This document shows, piece after piece, positions 11,200-24,017 of a stretch of 64,000 nucleotides of DNA (positions within the stretch are counted from its first letter, which is position 1; the number at the start of each line of letters is the position of its first letter). The stretch lies in the NCBI RefSeq assembly GCF_018977255.1, contig NW_024704742.1, positions 11,844,001-11,908,000 of the forward strand, in the 5' to 3' direction. This DNA comes from Callorhinchus milii. Its lineage: Eukaryota. Under the pieces are notes generated by a model, which saw nothing but the letters and a program-made list of their open reading frames with translations, ran no database searches and had not been told where the DNA came from. The position numbers and the translations under genes were made by a program.

Positions 11200-11480
11200 C
11201 TTCACAGAAATCGGTGTAATAGTTTCTCATGTACTTGATTTACAACCATTAAAATCAAGATGATATTTTCCTGTTACTTTGGGAATTTTAATGAACTTAA
11301 TTGCATCACTTGGCATTTCAGATGTTGGAAACATTCAGCTTTGATAATAGCTTGTTAAATGTAATCAAAACTCTTTTTAAGGGAATTAATAGCTCTGTTT
11401 CTTTCACTTGTGGCATTGAGCCAAGATATTTAATTGAGACACCTGACAAGGATACACAATTTCCTCTGTTGTTTCACAAT
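11200..11480 (+). mobile_element. Ancient L1/Tx1-clade LINE reverse transcriptase fragment
   Basis: ORF 11301-11522 HHLAFQMLETFSFDNSLLNVIKTLFKGINSSVSFTCGIEPRY...PLLF and upstream QDDIFLLLWEF resemble the L1/Tx1 RT segment (LFLDF.KAFD.VEH.FIF..L..FGFG..FI..IKTLY..INSSV....G.S.RF....G.RQGCP.SPLLF). Confidence 0.55.
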
Positions 11481-11918
11481 TACCATGATGGAAATCTTAA
11501 AGGTGTTGAAAGGACGACATAAAAAGTGCTGTAAGCAATCAGTCAGGAGATCATTTCATGCCTTTAAGAATATGTTAGTTTCTCCTGAACTATTTAAGAA
11601 ATCGTGCATTCAAAAATTGGTATTAAATATGGATTCTGGTTGTGCAAAACATATCATTGAAACTTGCCAGCAAAATTAAGACTGAAGAAACAAAAATTCT
11701 GCCCAAGGAACGACAAGAAGGTGTGTAAAAAAAAATGAAAACAGTAAAGTAGATATCTTTTGTCCACAATGAGATCTTTTGATTTGAAACACAGTCTTTT
11801 ACAGTGTAGTCAATTTGCAACTTTCAAATTGCACCAGTTTACAGACTTACCAGTTGCTCATTTTTTGTCACCTGCATTTTGGAATAAGCCTCCATTATAA
11901 ATGAAGTGAATTCCCCAG

Positions 11919-12116
11919 CACTGGTGGTCCAACTTTTTGGCTGCTGAGAGCCAGATTCCCTATTTGAGAAATGACTGCATAAGCAATATTTTTGTGTTCT
12001 CTTTCAGAAAAATAAAATTTCCGTGTTATGTAAGGGTGGGCCAGATGAAATAGAAGGAGGGAGGGAGGGGGTGGCCTGATGAAATCTGCGCGTGGGCCAC
12101 CAGTTGGACCACACTG
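11919..12116. mobile_element. Old non-autonomous hAT (Charlie-like) MITE
   Basis: Imperfect TIRs cactggtggtccaact ... agttggaccacactg with subterminal gggcca motifs. Right flank gtctaagc fits the Charlie-type target; the left TSD is not recognisable. Confidence 0.55.
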
Positions 12117-13265
12117 GTCTAAGCAATGTACAACTGAAGAAGTTCCACAGTATAATTGTGGTACAATAAGAATAATCAGAATAATCCTTGCATTTGATAT
12201 AACGCCTTATGTCTTCAAGACATCTCAAAATTCTCCACTATAAAATGAATTCTCTACAATTCGTGAGCAAAACATACTGTATTTGATATGAGGCAAACGC
12301 ACCTCCTATTTCTCTGTAAATTCAGTAAAACATCTATGGTCATCGTTTGATGCATCCAGGATTTTTCTCTTTTTTTTCCTCCTCCCCTATTCACACCATG
12401 CTTTTAGAGCTCTACCCCACCCTTTATCTGCTCTATCTTAAAGCTCCTCCATCCATTTTATGTCTCAGGGACTCCTCTGTGCTCCCCCCATTTTGCAAGA
12501 TTCTATCACCTTCTCTATATGTCATTGCTCCCTCTGGTTGACTTGCCTCCATTTCCCCTTCAATAAATCCTCTCTTAATTCTGCCTCCCTTAGATTTACT
12601 GTAACCAGTATTTTTTGCGACCCATTTAGTTTTGCGATTTTCACTCTCCACTGTTTTTGCATGAAATTGAACAAGTCACAGAAAACGTTTTAATTTGAAC
12701 TTGCCCTTAATTAAACAGCCAGTAAAAGTATGATCACACGTGTTGCCGGGAAATAAAGGGACTTGAATCAAACGTCGGGGCTCCACTGTGCAAAAAAAAA
12801 AAGCGTGTGCTGAAATTAGTGGTTATACATTATCCCAATCTGTTGCTATATATTGTATGTTGTACACCATTGAACACAGTGGCTTATTTAGAATGCACAC
12901 CCGATGAGTGCAGGTTCACTTATAGTATTAAAGGTCCTGTTGTCAGTTCACTCTGGTTGTGTGCCATGCCCGGCTTTATAACAACAAACAAGATTTTAGT
13001 TACAAGCCACATCCTCTGCTGACTTCTGGGTCTTCAGGTCACCACTGATGTCATTTCCTGTGTGTTGCTCACTATGCACAGGAAGCTTTGCTGTTGTTAC
13101 TTCCCATGTGCTACGTCTGCGCTGTGTTTGTGTAGGAATCGCTTTTAATAATAATTCATACATTTGTTATAGCTCCTTTCACATCAGTAGGACATCTGAC
13201 ACTCTTTCACAGGATATACTGCAAAGTGTAGTAACTATGAATCAGACACCTGGAGTGAATAGGAC

Positions 13266-16016
13266 ACCACTTGCCCTATCCCCCTACTCCTCTGGCTCTT
13301 TCCCCTCTTTTGAGCACCTCACCCTCTCCCGCCCCTCCTTCCTCGCACTCAAAATCCTCCTCCTCTACCGGTTCCCTAAAACCTCTCCCACCTTCATCTC
13401 CGATATCCCCACCCTACTAACGTCTCTCTGCTTCTGCTCTGATCGCCTCATCATCCTGGGCGACTTCAAACTACACATCACCCCCTCCTGCTCCATCTCC
13501 TCGGACTTCTCCTCCCTACTCTCCTCACTCAACCTCTCCCTACACATCAACTCTGTCACTCACAGTCACGGCCACCCACTCGATTTGGTGATCACCCGGG
13601 GCCTCAGTATCTCGGATGTCACCATTACCGACAAGGCCATCTCCGACCACCACTTCATCTCCTTCACCACCTCCACCCTCCTCCCCACCTCCACCAGACC
13701 CACCACCATCTTCTACTGCCCCTGGAAGAAGTTACCCCCATAATCCATAACCACTGCCTTGGAGTCCTCTGAACTCCTCTCCCTCTGGCCTTCAACCCTC
13801 ACTGACTCCTCTTCTGCTCTCACCCTCCTCCACAACACCCTCTCCTCCACATTCGACACTCTTGCCCCCATCACCTCCCATACTGTCTCCTACTCTCGCT
13901 CTTCCCGCTGGTTCACCACCCACCTCCGCTCACTGAAGAGCCAGGTGCGGGCCGCTGAACGCACCTGCGTCAAATCTGGCCTAACGGTCCACCGACAAAT
14001 CTGGCTGGACCTCCTACTGCTCCACTCTAGCCTCAGCCAAGTCGTCCTTCTACTCCAGGATAATCCTGGAGGCGAAGAACAATCCCAGGCTTCTGTTTTC
14101 TACCACATCCCGACTCCTCCGTGCCCCCTGCCACTCCGCGCAGGTCATCTCCTCCAACCTTCACTGCGAGGAGATGCTGGATTTCCTTGAATCCAAAATC
14201 AAGGGAATCCGCTCCGCGGTCACTCCCCCTCCAACTTCCAACCATCTCTCACCCCTTCCCTCCCACACTCCAACTCCTACCCATCCTGCCTTCACATCTT
14301 CGAACCCGTTTCCCCACCCTCTGTCACCAAACTCATCTTGTCCTTGAAACCCACCACCTGCTCTCTTGACCCCATCCCCACTCCACTCCTTATCTCTCAG
14401 CTCCACCTCCTTGCCCCACTTCTCACAGACATCATCAACCTGTCCCTCTCCTCTGGCTCAGTTCCCATTCCACTAAAAACTGCCATCATCACTCCCACTT
14501 TGAAAAAACCCTCCCTTGATGCGTCGCAGCTATCAAGCTACCGGCCCATCTCCAACCTCCCCTTCCTGTCCAAGGTCCTTGAAAGAGTTGTCGCCTCCCA
14601 GCTGCGCTCTTTCCTCTCTACCCATGCATTATTCAAACCCCTTCAGTTGGGTTTCCGTGCTGCCCATAGCACAGAAACCGCCCTGGTCAAAGTCACCAAC
14701 AACATCTTGACCATCTGTGACCAGGGCTCCCTCTGCCTCCTCGTCCTCCTCGACCTATCGGCAGCATTCGATACGGTCGACCACGCTATCCTCCTCCACC
14801 GCTTGTCCTCCAATCTCAACCTTCAAGGCCCTGTCCTTGAATGGTTTAGGTCGTACCTCTCCCACTATCTTCATTTTGTTTCCACAAACGGCTTTTCTTT
14901 CAGCCGCCGCCCTGACTCGGGCAGTGTCCCTCAGGGATCTGTCCTCGGTCCCCTCCTCTTCACCCTCAACATGCTCCCCCCCCTTGGTGACATCAACCGC
15001 AAACATTGGGTTAATTCCACATGTATGCGGATGACACCCAACTCTACCTTTCCTCCTCCACCCTCAACTCCACAACCACCGATGTCCTGACAGCCTGCCT
15101 GTCCGACATCGAGTCCTGAACGAGAGATAAGTTTCTTCAGATCAACGTGCGCAAAACTGAGGCCCTCCTGATTGGCTCACGTCAGCGCCTCCGCACCTCA
15201 GGGGCTGACAGCATCAGCATCCAAGGCTGTACTCTCCACCTCTCAAAGCCAGTCAGGAACCTCGGCGTTTTGTTCGACCCTGAGCTGTCCTTTCTTCCTC
15301 ATATCTGTGCCACAACTGGCACCGCCTTCCATCAACTCCGGAATATCGCCAGACTACGGCATTACCTCACCCTTCACGCTGCTGAAACTCTGGTCCACAT
15401 CTTTATCACCTCAAGGCTGGACTATGGGAACTCTCTCCTCGCCGGCCTTCCCGGCACCTCCCTCCACAAGCTGCAGGTCATTCAGAACTCTGCAGCTTGT
15501 GTACTGTCCCGCACCAGGCTTCGGGACCACATCACTCCCCTCGCTCGCCACCACTGGCTCCCCATTCCCCAGAGGATCAAATTCAAGATCCTCATCCTCA
15601 CCTACAAGGCCATTCACGGCCTTGCTCCCTCCTACCTCTCCGACCTACTATCCCCCTACTTACCTGCCTGTACCCTCTGTTCCTCTGGCTCCAGTCTGCT
15701 CCACATTCCCCGCCCCAACCGCCCTACCATCGGTGGTCGGGCCTTCAGCCTCTCAGCCCCGAGGCTCTGGAACTCTATCCCCCATTGCCTTCGCCGCCTC
15801 CTCCCTTTCCTCCTTCAAGGCTGGTCTCAAGACCTTTCTCTTTGACCGTGGCTTCAGCTCCCCTCTCGACTCTCTACCCCCTCCTCGCTCCCTCCCTTCC
15901 CTCCCCTCACCCTGACCATTTTCCCCCCAAGGCTCGGGTCCTGACCCAACTGTCCAGCACTTTGGGACGTCCTTCCGACGTGAAAGTCGCTCTATAAATG
16001 GAATCTTGTTGTTGTT
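13266..16016 (+). mobile_element. L2-clade LINE, 5'-truncated, relatively young but frameshifted (APE endonuclease C-half + RT + 3' tail)
   Basis: APE motifs IILGDF, THSHGHPLDLVIT, ISDHHFI; RT motifs YRPISNLPFLSKVLE, LLDLSAAFDTVDH, VPQGSVLGPLLF and frameshifted YADD; C-terminal SRLDYGNSLL...HWLPI..RIKFK; tail gggacgtccttccgacgtgaaagtcgctctataaatggaatc(ttg)n. Possible TSD tgaataggac/tgaatatgac. Confidence 0.95.
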
Positions 16017-16190
16017 GAATATGACCAAAGATGATGAGGGAAGTTGTGAGGACTCCGAGGTGGAGTTCCAGAGAGTAATGGCAAATAGCCTGAAGGCTTG
16101 ACCACTGATGGTGGGGAAGGCAAGGTAGGTGGCACGAAGAAGGCAATGCCTGCCGAGCAGAGGGAGGAGGCGAGTTGGTAGGGTTTAAGA
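16017..16190 (-). mobile_element. Older L2 3' fragment (host of the young L2 insertion)
   Basis: gaggactccgaggtggagttccagagag...gcctgaaggcttgaccactgatggtgggg is the reverse complement of the L2 C-terminal GGRAFS..APRLWNS region; a matching tail remnant lies at ~13148-13200. Confidence 0.55.
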
Positions 16191-17952
16191 AGTGTTTCTT
16201 AACCCAATTGGTAGGATTTCACACAATTCAGCTTTGTGAAACACTTTGAAATATCTTCTGGATGTGAACAGTGTTACATAAATATAAATTGTAATTTTTT
16301 TGAAATATTTGTTTATTCAACATATTGCTTTGCGTGAAGCATTACTTGTGTTTGTGAGAAATGATTTCACACATGCTAATGATTCCAGAGAGGTTTAGAA
16401 AAATAACATATTTTGCCCCATATTTTGACAGCTATTAGATATTTTAAAATAACTACCACAACAGACTTTAATATCATGAAGTTTTTTTCCTTACAATTTA
16501 CATTAATTTTCAGTGTGGTTATTGAACTTGGTCTGCATTTAAAAGATTTACAATTCAAATATTGGAGTTTGACGTATAGCAAATAACCTCTGGGCATTTC
16601 TGGATTGCATTGCCACTGCTGACAGTCCTGAAGAAAGAAATGTTTTTCTGTTGTTACATGGTATACATATTAAGGAGGAGTCCCTGACTGAAAATGCCAT
16701 ATGTTAGTAGCAATGCTTGCAACTCCTGCTGCTGTGTCCAAAAGGCATAATGTAATGTGACCTTTGTTATTTTCCACTTGATTTCAGCCTAAGTCTACAC
16801 AGGGGGAATGTGATCGTTCTGGTTGCAAGATCTCTACTTGTAATCTGATTCAGCTCCCTCGATGATAATAATAATCCTTGCATTCAATATAGCGTCTTAT
16901 CACGTTTTTGAGATGTCTCATTGCTCTTTACAGAATATACTGTAAAGTATATTCTGTATTATTATTATTATACTGTATAGTGAATTGACTGTCTATTTTG
17001 TGGGCGCAAAATTGATGACTAAGCAAGTAGAGCCACTGCTTAATATAGAAGCATTTTATTTCACTTTAATTTGTACCTATGTAGCAAGCTTCCAGGCTCA
17101 ACCACCAAAACTTTGGTGAATTGGCTGATGGCAACTGGGGTGGTGATCTGGTTGTTTCAGCAGCTATGGGTCAGAAAGGCGGATAATTCAGTCGGTGTGC
17201 TGATCCGTGCTGGACAGTCCACTGTGTGTACATTGGCTGAGAACAGGACTGGGGATTGACTGTATTGCTCTCTTGTCGTTGAATAGCCTGTGAACACTGT
17301 GCAGATCCAATCATTTTTTAAAAATTCTCTTCGTCAACGTGTGTAAAAGTGTGACTAAATCAGAGTGCTCAAGAGAGGGGGAAATGAAAACTATCCTTAT
17401 TCTTCATGATTTAATTGTAATGCATTTCTCATTGTCCCATATTTAGGTATCTTCTGCTTTTGTTGGTGTTCGCTGACCCTGCTAATATGATCAGCTGATT
17501 GTTTTGTGCATGTATCTACAATAATAATAACAATCCTTGGAGTTGATATAGCACCTTATCATGTCTTCAAGATGTCTCAAAGCACTTCACAGAATATGCT
17601 GTAAAGTGAATTGACTGTATATTTTGTGGGTGAAACAATCGCTGACATTGTAATTTCTTACTATCTTTCAAACAAATCTCCTGCTTTATGTTCTTTCTTT
17701 AAACCATCTAACTTCATCTAATTCAGCAAGGCAGTGATGGACTTTTCCTTATGTTGAACATTTTTCTTTGGTTTAATCAAAAAAAGCGGGGAATTGAAGG
17801 TCTTGCATAACATCAGATTATTACTTTCGAATGATGTTAAGTTCCATGGATAAATTTATTTATTTATTTATTAAACTTGATGAAAAATTAAGTTTTCACT
17901 GATATCCACCCATTTACAATTTTCCCTTAAATGGTCTCTCTTTTTTCATAAG

Positions 17953-17993
17953 GTGCTGGTGCTTGCTGGGTTATATTCTCTCCCCCATTCAAG
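17953..17993 (+). other. Candidate 41-nt internal exon of an unidentified host gene
   Basis: Polypyrimidine tract tctctcttttttcataag, then 41 nt, then aag|gtatgt donor. All three frames are open (GAGACWVIFSPPFK / VLVLAGLYSLPHS / CWCLLGYILSPIQ). It lies in unique DNA; the peptide is not recognised. Confidence 0.35.
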
Positions 17994-20292
17994 GTATGTT
18001 TCAATGTTTGAAGGCCCATCTCTTTGATTGTGCTTTCGGTCTTCTTTCGATCATCTCCCCAATACCCCCTACACCTCACCTTTGGCTCCTCATCCAATGT
18101 ACATACTCATACACAAACACATGTCACTGGTAGGAAACTGAAATAAGAATCCTAGGCCAGAGCAGCAAGATCAATTGTGGCTCCCTTTCTACTAAAACAA
18201 TTGAGACCAGCTATCAGAAAATAAAAGATCAAAGCTGGAACCACTCATTTCCCCATTTTATCATTGAGTGAACTGCATTTTGTATACTTTTGTATACTTG
18301 GCTGTGAGGAAACAGACTTTGTTTGCCATATATTCAGAGCTGGCTGAAAGTCTCTGACTTTTCTTGTCGACCTCAGCAACATATCTCTTAATGCTGGAAA
18401 TTGCTTCCTCACAACCTGCGATGAAACTGCTGTTTCACCCCAGGATGTCTGTAAAGTTTATGTAATGGAAATAGAACAGTATTGTCTGCTCTTTTTTTTC
18501 CTCACACTGTTTTTGTATTTGATTCTATCTGGGTTCATAAATCTAGATGTACATTTTTCTTTCTTTCAGCAGCCCTGTCTGTTGTTAATTTAGGACGTTT
18601 TTGACATTGATATTGATGCTACTAAAGAAGGGCTATTTTATTAAAGCAGTTGAAACAACCTTTTGTTGTGGCTATTTGTATTTTGCAGCTGGTTTAGTAT
18701 CTCAGCACTCGTACTTTGTTTTATGGCGTAGGAGACATGGCAGAAGAGGACTGCATACCAGGAAAATAGGACATGTGAAATGATCACTTAATCCCAAGGA
18801 AAATAAAATCACAAGAGAATAACAACTTGCACTTATATAGCTCCTTTCATGTAGGATGAACATCTCAAAATACTTTGAGATGTTTGCAACATTGAGGTTA
18901 CAAGTTGAGTACCTATCATTTGAGATCATGCTCTTCAGGTTGCTTTCTGCTTCCTATCATTGCTTATGTATCTATCTACTTCCAATTTCCTTCAAGTGCA
19001 TTATTTCTGATTTTGCTCAATTTATATTTTAGCAGTGATTGCCTTTGTTGTGTGGTGAGATACATAGAGATATGAACAAGGTTTAACAATAGCTGTCACC
19101 GCTGAAGGTTTTCAAGAAACAGAATGAATATGTACTTCAGTGCAGCCGAATTATAACACGCATCTTTATAGCACGCATTTAATTATACCATAGTTGTAAT
19201 GTGGACCCCATTCCCTATCTATGCCCACACATCCTCTCATTTTGTATGCGCTGACTGGTTTCCAAACTAAAATAGCTGACTAAAATAGGTTGTTAGGTCA
19301 CTGCCCTTGCCAATCACTTCCTGCATACTGCACACTCACAGGAAATAATTTTAAAACGCATTGCCTGTGATGTTTGTGGTGACCCAGAAGTCGACCATTT
19401 TTGTAGTTCAAACCAATTAAGCAAATATTTAAACAAGGGAAAGTTTCTCCAAGAAAATTGAGATTGAGTTCTAAAATTGAAAAATGGGATGAATACTGAT
19501 TTTTACTGTTTAGAATTAGATATTAGACAAAACAGAATTCCACCTCACTAACTGTATAACATCTGTCAGGACTTTGAACTCAGTTTAAGTTGACGTATCA
19601 ATGCAGTGCTGTAGGAATGCTGAATTGTTGAAGGTGGCATTCTTTGGATGAGATGTTAAACCAAGTTAAAGATCCTGTGGCATCAGACGGGACACCAACA
19701 CACGTGCATCCTTATTGCAGCACGAACCATCTTATTTGGGAAAAGAGGATGGAAGATCGAATTTATTTTCTTAATAATAATAATCCTTGCATTTGATATA
19801 GCGCCTTATCACATCTTTGAGATGTTTCAAAGCATCACAGAATATATTGTAAAATGAATTCAATGCATATTTTGTGGGCGAAACGAGGCAGCCAATTGTG
19901 AACAACAGTGCCCCACAAACAGTCATGGATTGAGTGACATTATTATTTAATAATAAATTATTATTTAATAATAATTCTTTGATCGTAGTGGCATTTAAAT
20001 CATTGAGACTGAATGATTGACCTCTTCAAATAAAAGAATCTAAAAAGGGAATGTGTAAGGAAAGTTTGTGGATGTATTTATAGACTAAATTTTGTTTAAA
20101 CTATGTATAATACATCACAGTGCAGTTATAGTGGATTATTTTGGTTCAAATATTGTTTGTTGAGATGGTTTTATGAAAGAAGGATTGATCATAGATATCA
20201 TAGAGCAAGTTGAAAACAGTTATCATTTATTGAATGATCCACTGTGTACAAATAAAAAAAATACTCAGAGGTATTACTCCATAGCTGTTTGT

Positions 20293-20611
20293 GAGTCCTG
20301 TAACTCAGTGGTTAGAGCACTCGCTTTGCAAGCAAGAGACCTGTGTTCAATTCCAGGCAGAGCGAAACCTTGGGCAAGTTTCCTTACTCCACACAGAGCC
20401 TAATAATAATCCTCCAAAACCAAAAACAATAATAAATTGGTCATTTTCAATCTACGACTGTTTGTGGAACATTGCTGTGCGCAATTGGCTGCCGCGTTCG
20501 CCCACAAATATACAGTCAATTCACTTTACAGTGTGTTCTGTGAAGCGCTTTGGGATGTCCTCCCGACGTGAAAAGCGCTATATCAAATGCAAGGATTATT
20601 ATTATTATTAT
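20293..20611 (+). mobile_element. tRNA-Ala-headed SINE, young short subfamily, nested in an older SINE core
   Basis: Full head-core-tail as at 9541. Flanks gctgtttgt | tgctgttagcaaattggctgcc reconstitute an older SINE core that continues to ~20725. Confidence 0.9.
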
Positions 20612-21111
20612 TGCTGTTAGCAAATTGGCTGCCATGTTCGCCCACAAAACTCACAGTCACTCGACTTTACTGTGAAGCATTTTGGGATATACTCCTGACC
20701 AATGCAAAGATTATTATTATTATTTAAATCATTCCGTAGATCTAATTTCTAAGTCATTGATTAGTCAGACCAATAACACTGCTATGTTACGTATGAATGG
20801 ATGTTCCTCTTCTTAGTATGTTTGAACTTCCTAAAGTAGATACTTCTTGCAGAAGGTTGATATTTTGTTCACCATGTTTGGTATCAAGCCATTTCTGAAT
20901 AGTCTATTAACAGTCCCAGTTGCACCGATGATTATAGGAGCTATGTTTATTTTATGCTGCCACATACGTCCAGTTTCAATTTGTAGATTGATATATTTCC
21001 TAATCTTTTAGTTCCTTATATTTTTCTCTAGCTCCTTATTTCTTATGCTGTAATAGCTTGGGGATAGCCACATCAATAATACTATACACAGAATTTGGTT
21101 CTTTATGAGAC

Positions 21112-21320
21112 AACAACAACTTGCACTTATATAGCGCCCTCGATGCAGGGTAGAGCGCTTAACATGGCGGAGCCTGACTCCGAGCTGGGGGTGGGAGGGG
21201 GGAGGTGGCCATGGGCATAATCAAAGAGGATGGTCTTCAGGCGGGAGTTACGAGTGAGGGCAAGGCGGAGGGATTGTGGGAGAGTGTTCCAGAGTTTGGG
21301 ACGTAGTGGCTTGTGAATCA
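21112..21320 (-). mobile_element. L2 3' fragment
   Basis: (aac)n tail, ttgcacttatatagcgccc, and ORF 21127-21321 PKLWNTLPQSLRLA...LKTILFD. Confidence 0.75.
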
Positions 21321-21516
21321 CAGATTATTGTAATGTTATTTCGATGTCTTTTTTACTTGTTGATGTTCATACCATTTGGTCTTATATCAATATCAAAGTG
21401 CTTACAAATTGTCCAGTGAATATATTTAGCTATATTGTTGTGTGGAATCAGATACTCCGATTGTGCTTGGCTGGACATGATGTCACTATGTGCTCTACTG
21501 TTTCTGGTGCTTGATT
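21321..21516 (-). mobile_element. Fossil of an R4/Dong(Rex6)-like RLE non-LTR retrotransposon
   Basis: Minus strand with frameshifts: NQAPETVEHIVTSCP (zinc-knuckle end), AQSEYLIPHNNIAKYIHWTICKHF, KTKWYEHQ, NNITII. This matches the ET.EHI...CP..A..EY..RHN.VA..IHW.LC..Y....WYEH.P signature upstream of the RLE domain. Confidence 0.7.
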
Positions 21517-21789
21517 TTAGATCAATGTTTAATTTTATCATCATTATTATTAAGAAACATTTATTATCATCAACATCATCATCCATGGTCCTCATTCTAA
21601 ATGGAAAGCACAGCTAAAACCACACTACGCATTTGTCCTTTGGTTTGGCAGGGTTGAGAGTATGTTTACACCTGCATATCTAACTTCATAGAGAGGTTCC
21701 CTCTAGACAACAGCATAAGAAAGCATGGGACAAAACAGTAGCTTCATACTGGCTGGAAAAAATCATGATTTATAATCATTCAATGATTA

Positions 21790-22097
21790 CAGTGTAACTC
21801 AGTGGTTAGAGCACTCGCCTCATGTGAGAGACCTGGGTTCAATTCCCGGCAGGGTGAAAGCTTGGGCAAATTTCCTTATTCCACACGCCTGATAATAATC
21901 CCTCAAGAAAAAAAACCAATAATAAATTGGTCACTTCAATCCTTGACTGTTTGTGGGACACTGCTGTACACAAATGACTGCTGCGTTTCGCTCACAAATA
22001 TACAGTCAATTTATTTTACAGTATTTTCTATGAAGCGCTTTGAAATGTCTCAAAGATGTGATAAGGCACTGTATCAAATGCAAGAATTATTATTATA
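21790..22097 (+). mobile_element. tRNA-headed SINE, short form with older-type tail
   Basis: gtaactcagtggttagagcactcgcc...gggttcaattcccggcagg...ttgaaatgtctcaaagatgtgataaggcactgtatcaaatgcaagaattattatt. Confidence 0.85.
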
Positions 22098-23189
22098 ATT
22101 AATAATCCAAATTATATTCCTCTCTTTCTCCCTCCCTCCTAGCAGCACCAATTTTTAAAAAAAACTATTCTTATCCCAAAATGCATTATATTGCAATTAT
22201 CTGCATTGAATTCGACCTGACAAGGTCCATCTCCTCAATCGGAGCAAATCCAGCATTGTCATAAAGAGCCTTCGGTGATACTTCCTGCTGTTGCAATTTG
22301 TTAATGACACTTTTAACACTGAAAATATCTGCAGTCAAGCTGAACTTTTGCCTGTTTTGTATGCAACTCCTAAAATTATGACATTTGAAGGCTTATTATA
22401 TGGATTGCTGAAGGAGATGAGGAACAGTAGAAGCATATTGTCCTAAATAGACACAGCATGTGCATGCAAATTTAGAAGTTGTGTCTTATCCCATTAAGAC
22501 ACAATTTCTTATCTGATAAAAAGTAAGTAGTCCCTTTATGAAGCTTTTAAGCTAAATTTATGTTATTGGGGATGTATTGATGAATTATACTAATTAAAAG
22601 TAATTTACCCAAGCAAACCAGGTTAATTAGAAAATCTGCCAGATGACATAATACAGCAAGCTAGCAGAGATTGACTTTTTTGAATAACCCTTTGATTTCA
22701 TGTGTACAGCTTCCTGCATAAACAAGCGATTAACATGAGGTATCAGGCAAGAGAATAATTCAATTTTGTGTATGTAAATTATAATTCAGTATTCAATAAT
22801 TACGGCATTCAGTAAGTGTTGTTATTCATCAAGCAGGTTCTTTGTTATTCATTTCAATGATGTGTCTACAGAGGTTGGAGAGGCATAGAAATGCAAAATA
22901 GAGGTAACTACTGATAATGTTAGGAACACAACTTGCATTTCTGTAGCGTCTTTCATGTCAAAGAACATCACAGTGCTTGTCAAATGTAATGGTGTTCACT
23001 GAGCAGCAAAATTTAAGCAATTTAATGAAATTAATCAAAGGCACTGTCAGAAAGGAGAGTTTTAAAACTGGAGAGAGCAGTAGCAAGGCAACATTTTGTT
23101 GGAAAAGTGTTCCAGAGGTTAGGGACTTAGGGATGAAAGGCTTAACCACCGAGATGTCACTAATACTTGACTGTCCTTGACTAGTTCAG

Positions 23190-23674
23190 ATTGTACCTCT
23201 CACACCATCTCCACTTCATCTCCACAAACGGTTTCTCCTCTAGCCACTGCACCTTCTCGTGTGGTATTCCTCAGGGCTCTGTCCTTGGTCCCCACCTCTT
23301 CAATTTCTATATGCTCTCTCTTGGTGGCATCATCTGCAGACATGGGGTTAACTTCCACATATATGTGGATGACACCCAAATCTACTTCTCTGCCTCCACC
23401 CTTGACTCCAGGTCTACTGCTGTCCTGACAGAATATCTGTCTTGGATAAGAGCTAACTTTCTTCTGTTGAACGTCAACAAGACTGAGGCTCTTCTGATTC
23501 ATTCCCGTCAATGCCTCCTCACCTGACAGCATCATCATCCATGAATTCACACTCCACCTTGCCTTGCCAGTCCGGAACCTTGACGTCTTGTTTGACCTTC
23601 AACTATCCTTTTTACCCCACATCTGCACCATGACCTGCTGTGCCTTCCCACACCTCTGCAACATCACCCAACTA
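23190..23674 (+). mobile_element. L2 RT fragment, interrupted by CR1
   Basis: ORF 23191-23526 CGIPQGSVLGPHLF...HGVNFHIYVDDTQIY...NFLLLNVNKTEALLI; ends at cacctctgcaacatcacccaacta, where the CR1 tail begins. Confidence 0.85.
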
Positions 23675-24017
23675 TAACATAACATGAAGGAGCAGCAGTA
23701 GGCCATTCGGCCCTTCGAGCCTGCCCCGCCATTCAATCATGGCTGATCTTCTAATCTAACTCCAGCTAATAACCTGACCCTGCCTTATCCACATATCATT
23801 TACTCCCTTTTACAATAAGAAACCTATCTATCTCAGTCTTGAATATGTTCAAGGACTGAGTGTCAACAGCCCTTTGGGGTAGTGAGTTTCCATACATTCA
23901 CCACCCTTTGAGTGAAGAAGTTCTTCCTCAATTCAGTGCGAAAGGGCTGGCCTCTGATTTTAAGGTTGTGACCCCTGGTTTTAGTTTCTCCAACCAGGAG
24001 AAACAATCTCCCACTAA

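Noticed and set aside
11851..11871. 21-nt minus-strand exon candidate (VTKNEQL)
   Set aside because: The donor is good but the acceptor lacks a polypyrimidine tract.
12290..12620. Pyrimidine-rich tract with short ORFs on both strands
   Set aside because: Low-complexity composition explains the ORFs; no identifiable family.
15172..15997. Long Ser/Pro-rich ORFs (247 aa, 166 aa; also 54673-55419)
   Set aside because: Alternative frames of the C-rich L2 sequence, not host genes.
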